Source of the DNA: Candidatus Micrarchaeia archaeon
Lineage (GTDB): Archaea > Micrarchaeota > Micrarchaeia > Anstonellales > Bilamarchaeaceae
Assembly: GCA_041649555.1 (NCBI GenBank)
Contig: JBAZMS010000001.1
Coordinates: forward strand, 11,122 to 75,121
Direction of reading: 5' to 3'
Length of the DNA: 64,000 nt
Both the position numbers and the translations under genes were made by a program. The notes beneath the pieces were generated by a model, which searched no databases, was not told the DNA's origin, and saw only the letters and a program-made list of their open reading frames with translations. The number at the start of each line of letters is the position of its first letter. Within the stretch, counting starts at the first letter, position 1. Below, piece after piece: positions 1-9,396 of the stretch.

Positions 1-74
1 TGAGAGATTTGAACGCAAGTTCAAACAGATCTCAAGTTTTATTTTATTCATAAGTGTTCAAAAAGAGTATATGG

Positions 75-111
75 ACAAATGTTTAAATAGATTTCGACTT
101 TTAACGATTTT
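75..111. repeat. 37-bp perfect direct repeat, copy A (acaaatgtttaaatagatttcgacttttaacgatttt), immediately 3' of the PIN-gene stop
   Basis: Identical 37-nt string occurs again at 699-735, compared base by base in the sequence. Confidence 0.85.
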
Positions 112-114
112 ATC

Positions 115-495
115 TTACTCTTTCTCAAAATATACATTTTTTTTATTTTTAAAATGTTCGTCCCCTGTTACCAGATAGCAATTATTACTGTCAATATACG
201 AGTAAATAATGCCATCGACAAGAGAGAGGTGTTCTTTTTCACATATTTGGCCTGTTTTTTTTGCAAGTTCTATATCTAATGGAAGAATAAGACCTCTCTT
301 GGATACAAAATTTAATAATTGATCGATTTGTTTTTGATCGATTTTTTTTCTAAATAGCGTTCTTGCCAACTCTGCAACAACGATTGTGGGAGTTTCAACG
401 ATCTCATTTTCAATTATTTTTTGAAATTTTTTTTTATTAAAATAGGCAATCCATGCATAAGTATCGATAATATACCTAGAATTCATGCTCTTCAT
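115..495 (-). CDS. vapC: PIN-domain toxin (VapC-like). The ORF track extends to 561, but an internal Met start at about 486-495 avoids a long overlap with the upstream antitoxin
   Basis: N-terminal YIIDTYAWIAYF motif (conserved PIN Asp) and C-terminal LVTGDEHF motif (T-x-D-x-x-F). Size about 125 aa. Short overlap with the antitoxin gene. Confidence 0.6.
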   Translation of the reverse strand: MKSMNSRYIIDTYAWIAYFNKKKFQKIIENEIVETPTIVVAELARTLFRKKIDQKQIDQLLNFVSKRGLILPLDIELAKKTGQICEKEHLSLVDGIIYSYIDSNNCYLVTGDEHFKNKKNVYFEKE

Positions 496-676
496 CCCGG
501 ATAATATCTTTTGTGGAGACTTTTCCTGCCAAAACGCCAGCCATACTTTTTTTATCTTCAAAAAGACATTTTTTCAAATGATCATTAATAAATCCGGAGA
601 TATTGTTTGGGCTGATTTGCCTTAATTTTTTAACCACAACTTCGTCCAAAGTTAAAGTTATTCTTATGCTCATCAT
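476..676 (-). CDS. vapB: Small antitoxin-like protein (RHH/CopG-like, VapB-type)
   Basis: 66-aa ORF directly upstream of and overlapping the PIN gene. N-terminal SIRITLTLDEVVVKKL resembles a ribbon-helix-helix beta strand. Confidence 0.45.
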   Translation of the reverse strand: MMSIRITLTLDEVVVKKLRQISPNNISGFINDHLKKCLFEDKKSMAGVLAGKVSTKDIIRDEEHEF

Positions 677-698
677 ACATCACATGTAAGATATCACA

Positions 699-735
699 CA
701 AAATGTTTAAATAGATTTCGACTTTTAACGATTTT
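699..735. repeat. 37-bp perfect direct repeat, copy B, immediately 3' of the purQ stop
   Basis: Identical to 75-111. Together the copies bracket the VapBC-like pair. Confidence 0.85.
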
Positions 736-743
736 TTTGGCAA

Positions 744-1517
744 TTATAATCTTTCACTTATGTAATTAACTGCATTTTCAAATATTTTAAGGCCGTTTGC
801 CTCTGGAATCTGTCCTCTGATCCATAATGGGCAGTTAGTATAATGATTATTGCATTCAGGATGCGGCATCAAGCCAAAAACCCTTCCGCTCTTATCGCAA
901 ATGCCTGCAATGTTTTGGATCGAACCATTTGGATTATAAGGATAACCTGCAAGCCTTCCGTTTAAATCAACATACTGAATCGGACAAAGATTGTTATTTA
1001 AAACATCCAAAAAAACCTGTTCGTTTTTTAGTATTATTTTTCCTTCCCCATGCCGAACCGGAAGATCAAGATAATGAATGCCTTTTGTATAGATGCATTT
1101 GGAATTTTGGTTTATTTTTAACCTTACCCACCTATCCTCAAATTTTCCTGAATCATTCTGAATTATAGTCATTGACTGATTGAAATCAGTTGTTGGAAGG
1201 ATTCCAAGCTTTGCAAGCATCTGAAATCCATTGCAAATCCCAAAAATAAGCTTCTCATCCCTTAGAAAATCCTGGATGGATTCTTTTAGGGCATACATCA
1301 ATTTATTTGAAAACACCTTTCCTGCACCAAGATGATCTGCATATGAAAACCCCCCGGGAAAAATTAGAAAATTGTATGTCTGAAGAAGAGAGGGGGCATC
1401 GATTAACTTATTTATGTGAATGATATCTGCTTCTCCTCCTGTTTTTTCTATGCAGTACTTGGTTTCATTTTCACAATTTATTCCAAATCCTGATATTACT
1501 GCCGCATGGGTTTGCAT
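744..1517 (-). CDS. purQ: Phosphoribosylformylglycinamidine synthase I, glutaminase subunit PurQ. Start is likely at internal MQTHAAVISGFG (1517), since the ORF-track N-terminus is low-complexity
   Basis: Class I GATase signature: GFGINCE, FPGGFSYADHLGAG, catalytic ICNGFQML, and HPE near the C-terminus. Confidence 0.8.
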   Translation of the reverse strand: MQTHAAVISGFGINCENETKYCIEKTGGEADIIHINKLIDAPSLLQTYNFLIFPGGFSYADHLGAGKVFSNKLMYALKESIQDFLRDEKLIFGICNGFQMLAKLGILPTTDFNQSMTIIQNDSGKFEDRWVRLKINQNSKCIYTKGIHYLDLPVRHGEGKIILKNEQVFLDVLNNNLCPIQYVDLNGRLAGYPYNPNGSIQNIAGICDKSGRVFGLMPHPECNNHYTNCPLWIRGQIPEANGLKIFENAVNYISERL

Positions 1518-1564
1518 AAAATAAGATTGATGCGCAAAAAATAAATAGCTATTATTTATGTATT

Positions 1565-3328
1565 TTGCGCCAAGATATCTTTTTAATAATATTATTTTTA
1601 AATAAGGATATGGATCCACTTTTAGAAATAGCATCCCTTGCAGTGATAGCAACAATAATTGCAATAATTGCAAGAATGTTAAAACAGCCATTAATCATTG
1701 CATATATCTTATGCGGGATTCTGGCAGGGCCGTATGTATTAAACTTAATTCAATCAAAAGAAACATTGGATTTATTTTCCCATATAGGAATCGCACTTCT
1801 TTTATTTATTGTAGGGCTTGGGTTAAGCCCAAAAGTAATAAGAGAGGTTGGAAAGGTTTCTACAATTACTGGTGTGGGGCAGGTAATATTCACATCTGTT
1901 TTTGGATTTCTTATTTGCCAAGGTTTGGGATTCGGATTTATGGAATCAGTTTATCTTTCAATCGCACTAACTTTCAGCAGCACAATAATTATAATGAAAA
2001 TACTGACTGATAAGGGGGATACTGAAACATTATATGGAAAAATCGCGATAGGGTTTCTTATAGTCCAGGATTTGATTGCAGTCTTTATACTTTTGTTTTT
2101 GTCATCAATGCAGGGTGGAACTGCAACAGAGACATCTTTTATTGAAACAATTATTTTAGGAATACTGCTTTTATTGTTTGTTTTTTTTGCAGGCTATTTT
2201 GCAATCCCGAAAATAACAAAAATTATTGCTTCTTCTCAGGAAACACTCCTTCTCTTTTCTGTAGGGTGGTGTCTTGCACTGGCATCACTTTTTCAATATT
2301 TCAGTTTTTCAATGGAAATCGGAGCGCTTCTTGCAGGGGTTTCTCTCTCAATTTCTCCATATAGATTTGAGATAAGCTCGAAAATGAGATCCTTGCGGGA
2401 TTTTTTTATAATTATATTTTTTATTTTACTCGGCTCACAGATGGCATTTTCAGATGTTTCAGACAAAATTATTCCAATAATAATTCTTTCAATTTTTATT
2501 CTGGTTGGAAACCCGTTGATAGTGATTTTTTTAATGGGGCAGCTTGGATACACCAAAAGAACGAGTTTTCTTGCAGGGCTTACTGTTGCCCAGATAAGTG
2601 AATTTTCGATAATTCTTATTGCGCTTGGAATAAAACTTGGCCATCTTTCTTTTCAAATTCTTTCGATAATTACTTTTGTGGGTTTAATAACAATTGCAGG
2701 CTCTACATATATGATATTATATTCAAACAGGATATACCCGTGTATTTCAAATTATTTGACCACTTTTGAAAAAAAAGGCAAAAAAGTAGATGAACATAAA
2801 TATCAAAAATATAAGGATTATGAGATAATTCTTTTTGGATATAACAGAATTGGATATGATCTTGCAAAAAGTTTTAAAAAAATAAAAAAGAGATTTGTTG
2901 TGATAGATTATAATCCGGATACAATAATTTCCCTATCAAAGGAGAATATGGATTGCATATATGGAGATGCCGGGGATAGTGAATTTTTATCAGAGCTTGA
3001 TTTGAAAAATGCAAAAATGGTTTTTTCGACAATACCTGATTTTGATACAAACATGGTTTTGTTAAACAGGATAAGAAAGGAAAACAAACATTCGATTGTT
3101 TTTTTGATTTCACACCAAATAGAACAGGCAATTGAGCTATACTCGGCTGGAGCAACATATGTGGTTTTGCCTCATTTTCTTGGGGGCCATCATGCATCAA
3201 CCCTGATCGAGCATTATAAGTTTGATGCTGCGAAATTTATGAAAGAGCGGGAAAAACAAATAAAAAAATTGTATGAAAAACAAAAAATGGGCTATGAGCA
3301 TCCAGTGCATGAAAAAAACGGGGATTAA
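1565..3328 (+). CDS. CPA2-family monovalent cation:proton antiporter (Kef/NapA-like) with C-terminal TrkA-N/RCK domain. Alternative start MDPLLE at 1610
   Basis: About 12 predicted TM helices in the N-terminal 400 aa. C-terminal Rossmann motif ILFGYNRIGYDLAKSF (GxGxxG) typical of TrkA-N. Confidence 0.75.
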   Translation: MRQDIFLIILFLNKDMDPLLEIASLAVIATIIAIIARMLKQPLIIAYILCGILAGPYVLNLIQSKETLDLFSHIGIALLLFIVGLGLSPKVIREVGKVSTITGVGQVIFTSVFGFLICQGLGFGFMESVYLSIALTFSSTIIIMKILTDKGDTETLYGKIAIGFLIVQDLIAVFILLFLSSMQGGTATETSFIETIILGILLLLFVFFAGYFAIPKITKIIASSQETLLLFSVGWCLALASLFQYFSFSMEIGALLAGVSLSISPYRFEISSKMRSLRDFFIIIFFILLGSQMAFSDVSDKIIPIIILSIFILVGNPLIVIFLMGQLGYTKRTSFLAGLTVAQISEFSIILIALGIKLGHLSFQILSIITFVGLITIAGSTYMILYSNRIYPCISNYLTTFEKKGKKVDEHKYQKYKDYEIILFGYNRIGYDLAKSFKKIKKRFVVIDYNPDTIISLSKENMDCIYGDAGDSEFLSELDLKNAKMVFSTIPDFDTNMVLLNRIRKENKHSIVFLISHQIEQAIELYSAGATYVVLPHFLGGHHASTLIEHYKFDAAKFMKEREKQIKKLYEKQKMGYEHPVHEKNGD

Positions 3329-4299
3329 TTAACCGGACATTGATTTTTTAGGGGCCCTATTACAGAGTAGCTTTCTTTTTTTGCATCAGAATAACCTGAA
3401 AAAATATCGCAATCATTCCCAAGTGCATCTGAAGTTATAAATATGTTTTTTCCATCAGAAATTATTTTTATATTTCCATTAATATCTGTGCGGTAAAGAC
3501 TGGAATTTTCAATTTCATAAATGCTCTCCAGGGTTTTTTTTCTAGGGAAATAATAGCCAAGTTCTATGCTTTTTTCAAAATCAACCGAGATAGCATAGAA
3601 TTTTGCATTAACCTTGCCTAAAAATTCCTTTGAGCTGGCATCACTACTTCCGTGGTGCCCGACTTTTAAAAAATCAGATTGTAAATCTGTCTGAAAATCA
3701 AGAAGCTTATTTTCACAAACTGCTCCGCAATCCCCTGTAAAAAGGAATGAATTCTCATTATGAATTAATTTTACTACTATTGAATTTTGGTTTTCATCCA
3801 AAGAACAATCACTAGAGTATGGAGCAAAAAGATAGATTTGTGTGCATTCATCTATATCTATTTTTAGATTATCTTCAAGTTTAAGGTAGTTGTAGATTTT
3901 TTTCATCGAATCATAATTTTGCTGTGTTTTGGTGGAATAATTAGCACAATTTCCATTATCAATTATAGTTCCAATTCCAAACTCAAAAAAGACATCTTTC
4001 ATCCCTCCGATATGATCTTCATGGTTATGGGTTGCTATAACATAGTCTATTCTTTTGATATTATTTGATTTTAAAAAATTAATTACCTGTTCTGACGAGT
4101 TGGCCCTAAGTTTTGAACCGGAATCTATCAGGATAGTTTTATTTTTAGAGGTAAATATTACAATCGCATCAGCCTGGCCTACATTCAGGACAACTATTTG
4201 CAAATTGCCGCATTCTTTTTTTTCATCGGTAGATGAATTGGCATAAAATAGAATAAAAAAACAAATAACAATTGCTCCAACAAAAACCAGTTTTCTCAT
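3325..4299 (-). CDS. Secreted metallo-beta-lactamase-fold hydrolase (ComEC C-terminal-domain-like)
   Basis: N-terminal signal/TM (MRKLVFVGAIVICFFILFYA). HxHxDH motif VIATHNHEDHIGG. Downstream VGHHGS histidine motif. Confidence 0.65.
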   Translation of the reverse strand: MRKLVFVGAIVICFFILFYANSSTDEKKECGNLQIVVLNVGQADAIVIFTSKNKTILIDSGSKLRANSSEQVINFLKSNNIKRIDYVIATHNHEDHIGGMKDVFFEFGIGTIIDNGNCANYSTKTQQNYDSMKKIYNYLKLEDNLKIDIDECTQIYLFAPYSSDCSLDENQNSIVVKLIHNENSFLFTGDCGAVCENKLLDFQTDLQSDFLKVGHHGSSDASSKEFLGKVNAKFYAISVDFEKSIELGYYFPRKKTLESIYEIENSSLYRTDINGNIKIISDGKNIFITSDALGNDCDIFSGYSDAKKESYSVIGPLKNQCPVN

Positions 4300-4417
4300 G
4301 ATGATTAACCCTCTTGATGCAGAAAATTAAAAATGGAATGGAAACAGGGCGCCTGCTAGTGAGGGTGAAAAGTGGGTTAGGTAAGTATTTATATATCTTT
4401 CATAACAATTATACATT

Positions 4418-5239
4418 ATGAAAATTATGAAAATTATAAAAGTTGAGAGTTCTTCTGCTGCATTACAACAGGTTCAGAAAAAATTAATTGGAAAAGTAAT
4501 TCAAATTCCAGATGTTTTTGCTAGGCAGAATGTGATTACGGACGGGTCAAGAGTTAGCGCAAGTTTTAATCCTAAATGCAGTGCTTGTATGGAAGAGTAT
4601 AATTTTCTTCAAGGTATTGATGGCAATTGGTATCACCCAAATGCAGAAATGGGCAGCATACAAATATTTAACTTACGTGAGTGCAGACAAAAATTAAAAG
4701 AGCCGTCTAGAATAGTTATTGAAACCGACACTGCTTCTTTTTCATTTGCCTTTTTAGAAGGTTGTTTTGCTGTTGCAGATGATACGACCCCTGGTTTAAG
4801 GATTCCATCCATTCATACCCCGCAGCCTAATCCATCTGATAATCATGTGCCTATTCCAATATCAATGCATGTAGTTGATCCTTATACTTTTACTTATTGG
4901 TCAGGTTCATCACTTGAAAGGTATTGGAAAGTAACAGATATTGGGCCTCTTCTTCTTGCAGAAATCAGAATGAGAAAGAGCGGTAATAATATACAAAGGC
5001 AGTATTCACGATTGGAACTTTCTTTTAAGATACCAGAAGAGATCACACGCTCAGAAAAAAGAAATTTGGGTATTCAAACCCATGAGATAACAGGTTATTT
5101 TCCATTGGGAAGGTATAATGAAAAAATTCAGCCAATCTTATGGATAGATGAAATTCCAAAAAATTCAAATGATGCACCAGTAAGATATTTAGTGCAGACC
5201 TTAGATATGAAGCCTCTATTAATTGGACAGAATTATTGA
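4418..5239 (+). CDS. Hypothetical protein, no recognisable domain
   Basis: 273-aa ORF with consistent coding composition. Sits between secreted hydrolase genes. Confidence 0.4.
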   Translation: MKIMKIIKVESSSAALQQVQKKLIGKVIQIPDVFARQNVITDGSRVSASFNPKCSACMEEYNFLQGIDGNWYHPNAEMGSIQIFNLRECRQKLKEPSRIVIETDTASFSFAFLEGCFAVADDTTPGLRIPSIHTPQPNPSDNHVPIPISMHVVDPYTFTYWSGSSLERYWKVTDIGPLLLAEIRMRKSGNNIQRQYSRLELSFKIPEEITRSEKRNLGIQTHEITGYFPLGRYNEKIQPILWIDEIPKNSNDAPVRYLVQTLDMKPLLIGQNY

Positions 5240-5260
5240 TTTGGATATAGAGGGATTATT

Positions 5261-6016
5261 TTGAAACTTTTCCAAATAAGATGCCAAAATAAAAAAAATA
5301 AAGATTTTAGAAAATGCCCCACAAAACAAGAGAAAATTATTAAAAAATTTAAAAAAGTAACAATCGGATTGTGTGCAGGTGCCCTGATTTGTACAGTGCT
5401 TTCACTTTCGATCTGGTTTGCTGAGATAAGATTTAGCCCTATACAAAAAATTACAAATAATATACTATATTATGATAGAACGCCAGTAGATTATTACAGG
5501 CCAATAAAAAATATGGATAATTACACTCCAAGAATGGGAGATATAATTCTTTATAAGCCTCAAACGAAAGATTTGCTCCAGACTTTTCTAACCCTCCCTT
5601 TTGGGGAATACACCCATTCTGGAATAATTGTAAGTATGTTTGGGGATGTATTATCAGCCAAATGGAATGGCATAAAAATTGAGAATGTTTATAAGGACCC
5701 TCATTTTATGTCTGAATACAGGCTGATTTTGCGCCCGGAAAAAATAGATCTCCAAACCCCAAGACACGGATTGCCACTGCTTGAATTTGCTATAATTTCT
5801 AAATCAAAATCAATTGGTTTCGATGGTGGTTTTTGGTTTGGGATTAATCAGGGTGCCAGACCAAGAGTAGAAGAGGACATATCCAACTATTATTCCTGTG
5901 CAGTACTTTTGGGCGCTGCTGTATATTATTCGGGTTTTGATGTACCAGCGCTTGGAAAAGGCATAACAACTTGTGCTGATGCAATAGATGCTCCAATTTA
6001 TCCAAGAAGAGAATAG
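5261..6016 (+). CDS. Membrane-anchored permuted papain-fold hydrolase (YiiX/YaeF, peptidase C92-like), tentative
   Basis: N-terminal TM (VTIGLCAGALICTVLSLSIWF). GDIILYKP...EYTHSGIIV motif then later YYSCAVLLG, matching the His-before-Cys order of circularly permuted NlpC/P60-like enzymes. Confidence 0.4.
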   Translation: MKLFQIRCQNKKNKDFRKCPTKQEKIIKKFKKVTIGLCAGALICTVLSLSIWFAEIRFSPIQKITNNILYYDRTPVDYYRPIKNMDNYTPRMGDIILYKPQTKDLLQTFLTLPFGEYTHSGIIVSMFGDVLSAKWNGIKIENVYKDPHFMSEYRLILRPEKIDLQTPRHGLPLLEFAIISKSKSIGFDGGFWFGINQGARPRVEEDISNYYSCAVLLGAAVYYSGFDVPALGKGITTCADAIDAPIYPRRE

Positions 6017-6049
6017 GAGATATTTATCTTTAATAAAAATGGGATTATC

Positions 6050-7246
6050 TTAATACCAGAACGCTGGTTTGAAAAAACTAATTAAAAATAACGGAACCAC
6101 TAAGAGATATGCAGACAGACAGAAAAAATCATCATTTTGTGAAAGAAATTGGTTTTGTGGATTATAATCAATAGTTCTTTGGGTTTTTTCACCCATAATG
6201 GATATTATATACGGCACCAAATATTCTGTATTTGATTTTGCCTCCCATGGATCAAAGGATAATTTTTGGGTCTGTATAATTGTCTCTTTTGGGCCGATGA
6301 AAATTATTTCGTCGTTATTTTCCCCCCATCCTTCTGGAAAATGAAACTGATAACTAACAAAAATGTATTTCTGGGTGGGATTTGATATGAAAACATCAAC
6401 TCTTCTTTTATGTGCTGTTGCAATATGAATAATCCCTCCTTGCAGTTGGGAAGAGGAGAATTTCTCGATTTTTGTTTTGGAATAAAAATTAGTGGACTTG
6501 CCTGTGAAATATAATTTGCTTTCGGGTTCATTTTTGTTATCAGATACAAATGTTTTGATATGGTTTGAGGAAAGAAGCCCTATCTGCCCGAATGTTGGAT
6601 CAATACCTATCCATTCTTCTGAAATTTTGGCCTCGGCCCATACATGTTCCTGCCAGTCTTCTGAAAAAGTGTAACCATAAATTTTTCTGTTTTCGATTTT
6701 AAGATAACCCAGATAATACAATAACAGATTGGAATACCCGTTGCAGACCGCACTTTTTTTTTCATATACAATAGCAGGGTCTGTATTCCCACTATCCTTA
6801 AGGTTGTATTCCAATTCAGAATTAAACCAGCCTACAAGTTTGATTAATGTCTTTGCTTTTGAAGAAGGTAGAGAAAGATTTCTGGCTGTTTTTTCAAGAT
6901 CGTTTTCAGGCTCTTTAAACCAAACCAGAGGTTCATCCTTAGTTAAAAAAGGGGAGTGGTTGACTTCAATTATTGCATATGCAGAGATGGTTTGTAAACT
7001 GCCATTCATACTTCCGTTTGAGATTAAATAAATATTATCACCGGAGTTTTCAAAATATCCGTTTTCAGATCCCATTGATAAAACATTCTGACCGGTCCCA
7101 TTGTAGATAAAACTTGAATTAAAAAAATATTCCATGCCTGCCTCTCCTTCAATTATCCATTCTTTTTCAAAAATAAATCGTGCTGATTCGTAGGAATGAA
7201 ATAAAAGAAAAAAATAGAGCACAAATATGAATATTTTAATTTTCAA
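6050..7246 (-). CDS. Secreted transglutaminase-like cysteine protease domain protein
   Basis: N-terminal signal peptide (MKIKIFIFVLYFFLLFHSYESA). Core CNGYSNLLLYYLGY ... HVWAEAKI ... GIDPTFGQ matches the Cys-His-Asp transglutaminase-like core. Confidence 0.6.
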   Translation of the reverse strand: MKIKIFIFVLYFFLLFHSYESARFIFEKEWIIEGEAGMEYFFNSSFIYNGTGQNVLSMGSENGYFENSGDNIYLISNGSMNGSLQTISAYAIIEVNHSPFLTKDEPLVWFKEPENDLEKTARNLSLPSSKAKTLIKLVGWFNSELEYNLKDSGNTDPAIVYEKKSAVCNGYSNLLLYYLGYLKIENRKIYGYTFSEDWQEHVWAEAKISEEWIGIDPTFGQIGLLSSNHIKTFVSDNKNEPESKLYFTGKSTNFYSKTKIEKFSSSQLQGGIIHIATAHKRRVDVFISNPTQKYIFVSYQFHFPEGWGENNDEIIFIGPKETIIQTQKLSFDPWEAKSNTEYLVPYIISIMGEKTQRTIDYNPQNQFLSQNDDFFCLSAYLLVVPLFLISFFKPAFWY

Positions 7247-8559
7247 ATTGTCCCTCTTATCAGATTCATATGGTTTATCCTTTTTTCAATAAGCTCTTTT
7301 GTCCCGATATCTTTTCGGTGCCATATTGGCCCATTTAAATATCCGGCGCACTCTTCAATTTTTTTTTGTGCAACATAGATATTTTCATCAACACTGCAAA
7401 GCGCAACAGACCGGGAAGTTGTGGTGTAAATCTCCCTTTCCTTTTCATAAACAGATGCATAATAAACTTTTATTTTTTTATGCCTTAGTGCATCTTCATT
7501 GATTAATATTTTTGAGCTTTTTACTGGCCGGTCTGGATAGCCTTCAGGAACAAAATATTTTACCAGGGTGGATTTGTCCAGAAAATCCACTTTTTCAAGG
7601 GTTCCTTCAAAGATTCGCGTAAAGATCTCTGAAAGGGAAGAATTTAAGAGATTTAAAACATTCATTGCCTCAGGGTCTCCAAATCTTGCGTTATATTCGA
7701 TTATTTTTGGTCCGTATTTTGTAAGCATAAACTGGCCGTATAAAATCCCCTTGAATTCAGCTCTTTCTTTTTTCAGAGCCTCTATTGTTTTTTTCATGGT
7801 AAGTTTTGCTTTGTTTAAATCTAATTTTTTCATAAATGGAAGAAGTTCTCCGGTAGAATATGAGCCCATTCCACCTGTATTTGGACCCTGATCATTTTCA
7901 AATGCTCTTTTGTGATCTTGGACAGGAGGCATAAAAACAAGATTGGTTCCATCACAAAATGCCTGCAGTGTGAATTCCTGGCCGCCGAGTTTTTCTTCGA
8001 TTAGAACTTTTCCATCCTTTTTGAGAAGGGATTTGCCATAATCTAAAATGCCATCTTTTTCAAGTATGTTTTCTTCGGAAACCTTTACTCCTTTTCCTCC
8101 TGTAAGGCCTATTGGTTTTACTGCAACAGAATAGTTTAGTTCTCTAAGCGCATCCCTGAGTTCTTTTTCATTATCAATGATAAAAAAATCAACAATGCCG
8201 GGGATGTTATGATCCTGCATGAGTTGTCTTGCAAACTGCTTGTTGCATTCGATATCTGCAACATCTTTTGTTGGAGAGCAGACGGAAATTCCTAATTCCA
8301 TTAGTGTATCTGAAATGCCTGCACCAAGCGCAGCATCCGGGCTTACAAATGCAAGATCTATTCTTTTTCCACTTGCCCATGATTTAACTTCCCGGGGGTT
8401 TAATATATCGCAAATAAAATAATCTTTTGAGAGATTTGCAATTGCAGGGTTTTTACGAGACATTAAGGAAAAAACAGAAGAATCCTTTGAAAGCATTTCA
8501 ATTATGGCATGCTCTCTTGCGCCATCACCTACTACTAAAATATTCATATTACCCACCAA
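7243..8559 (-). CDS. purD: Phosphoribosylamine-glycine ligase (GAR synthetase). Probable start MNILVVGDG at 8547
   Basis: N-terminal NILVVGDGAREHAI, ATP-grasp core, C-terminal YEKEREIYTTTSR...GPIWHRKDIG typical of PurD. Confidence 0.85.
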   Translation of the reverse strand: MVGNMNILVVGDGAREHAIIEMLSKDSSVFSLMSRKNPAIANLSKDYFICDILNPREVKSWASGKRIDLAFVSPDAALGAGISDTLMELGISVCSPTKDVADIECNKQFARQLMQDHNIPGIVDFFIIDNEKELRDALRELNYSVAVKPIGLTGGKGVKVSEENILEKDGILDYGKSLLKKDGKVLIEEKLGGQEFTLQAFCDGTNLVFMPPVQDHKRAFENDQGPNTGGMGSYSTGELLPFMKKLDLNKAKLTMKKTIEALKKERAEFKGILYGQFMLTKYGPKIIEYNARFGDPEAMNVLNLLNSSLSEIFTRIFEGTLEKVDFLDKSTLVKYFVPEGYPDRPVKSSKILINEDALRHKKIKVYYASVYEKEREIYTTTSRSVALCSVDENIYVAQKKIEECAGYLNGPIWHRKDIGTKELIEKRINHMNLIRGTI

Positions 8560-8676
8560 AGATACTTTTTTCTAATTGTCTTAAAAAAGAATTGGTCTGT
8601 TTTATTATTATAAACTGCCTTTTTTTAGGGTATGCCTTGATTATTTCAAAGGAATACTCTTTTTTTGCCATACTTA

Positions 8677-9396
8677 TCAAGACCTTTTTTTTATATATCC
8701 TTCTTTTATCAGAATATTTATTCCTTCCTCAACCCTTTTTTTTGGCAGGTTATATGATAATGAAAATTCTGAAACATCAATTGCACCGGCATGCATTCTT
8801 ATCCAATTAAAAATTTCTTCCTTGAGGATTTCATCGCTTATTCCTTCCATTTCCAAAACTCTTTTGGCAAGTTCTTCAACCCGTCTTTCGGCTTCTAGAA
8901 GAAGCCTTGCGTTTTCTTCGCTGGATTTAACAAGATCCTGATATTTGGCAGAGAGCTGTTTATTTTTCAAATCCAGCATGTCTGCTTTTTCTGAAATATT
9001 GATTTCTGCAACACCAACTGTTTTTTCAACGAGTTCAACTACCTTTAGGGAGATATTTAAAATTTCTCTTAGTTCTACCGAATAAAAATCATTTGAAATT
9101 ACAAGTATATTGATGAAGGTTTTGATGGATTCAAAATATCTGGCTCTTTTTTCTCCTGCAAATTCGGTATAGCTGAATGTTATTTTGTTTTTTTCAAATA
9201 GCACCGAATAATCAATTTGGGGCTTTCCCTCAAGTGTCTTGCCAAGGGATTTCTCGACAAGAAGTGATTTTTTTGAAACCTTTATTTTGCTAAAACCAAA
9301 ATTAGAAAACATTTTTGCAAGGGACCGGAATTCTTTTTTCTGTTTCCCATAAACAATAAGTGATTTTAGCATATTAATCCTCCAAGACCAAATCAA
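8677..9396 (-). CDS. Coiled-coil protein with C-terminal winged-helix-like domain, last gene of the HerA-like operon
   Basis: Central heptad-rich segment (LKNKQLSAKYQDLVKSSEENARLLLEAERRVEELAKRVLEMEG). C-terminal LSYNLPKKRVEEGINILIKEGYIKK is wHTH-like. Start overlaps the ATPase gene stop by 23 nt. Confidence 0.45.
   Translation of the reverse strand: MIWSWRINMLKSLIVYGKQKKEFRSLAKMFSNFGFSKIKVSKKSLLVEKSLGKTLEGKPQIDYSVLFEKNKITFSYTEFAGEKRARYFESIKTFINILVISNDFYSVELREILNISLKVVELVEKTVGVAEINISEKADMLDLKNKQLSAKYQDLVKSSEENARLLLEAERRVEELAKRVLEMEGISDEILKEEIFNWIRMHAGAIDVSEFSLSYNLPKKRVEEGINILIKEGYIKKRS

Noticed and set aside
929-1168. Plus-strand 79-aa ORF inside purQ
   Set aside because: It lies entirely within the well-supported minus-strand purQ coding region. 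Low-complexity translation, so a shadow ORF.
1711-2010. Plus-strand 99-aa ORF in an alternative frame of the kef-like gene
   Set aside because: Out-of-frame overlap with a confidently identified transporter gene, with no motif of its own.
4300-4417. Slightly GC-richer stretch (gggcgcctgctagtgagggtgaaaagtgggttagg) in the divergent intergenic region, considered as a possible small RNA
   Set aside because: Too short, and no convincing conserved structure was visible by eye. More likely a promoter/5' UTR region of the divergent genes.
8427-8810. 127-aa plus-strand ORF spanning the purD and coiled-coil gene junction
   Set aside because: Antisense to two supported minus-strand genes. Hydrophobic low-complexity translation typical of AT-rich shadow frames.
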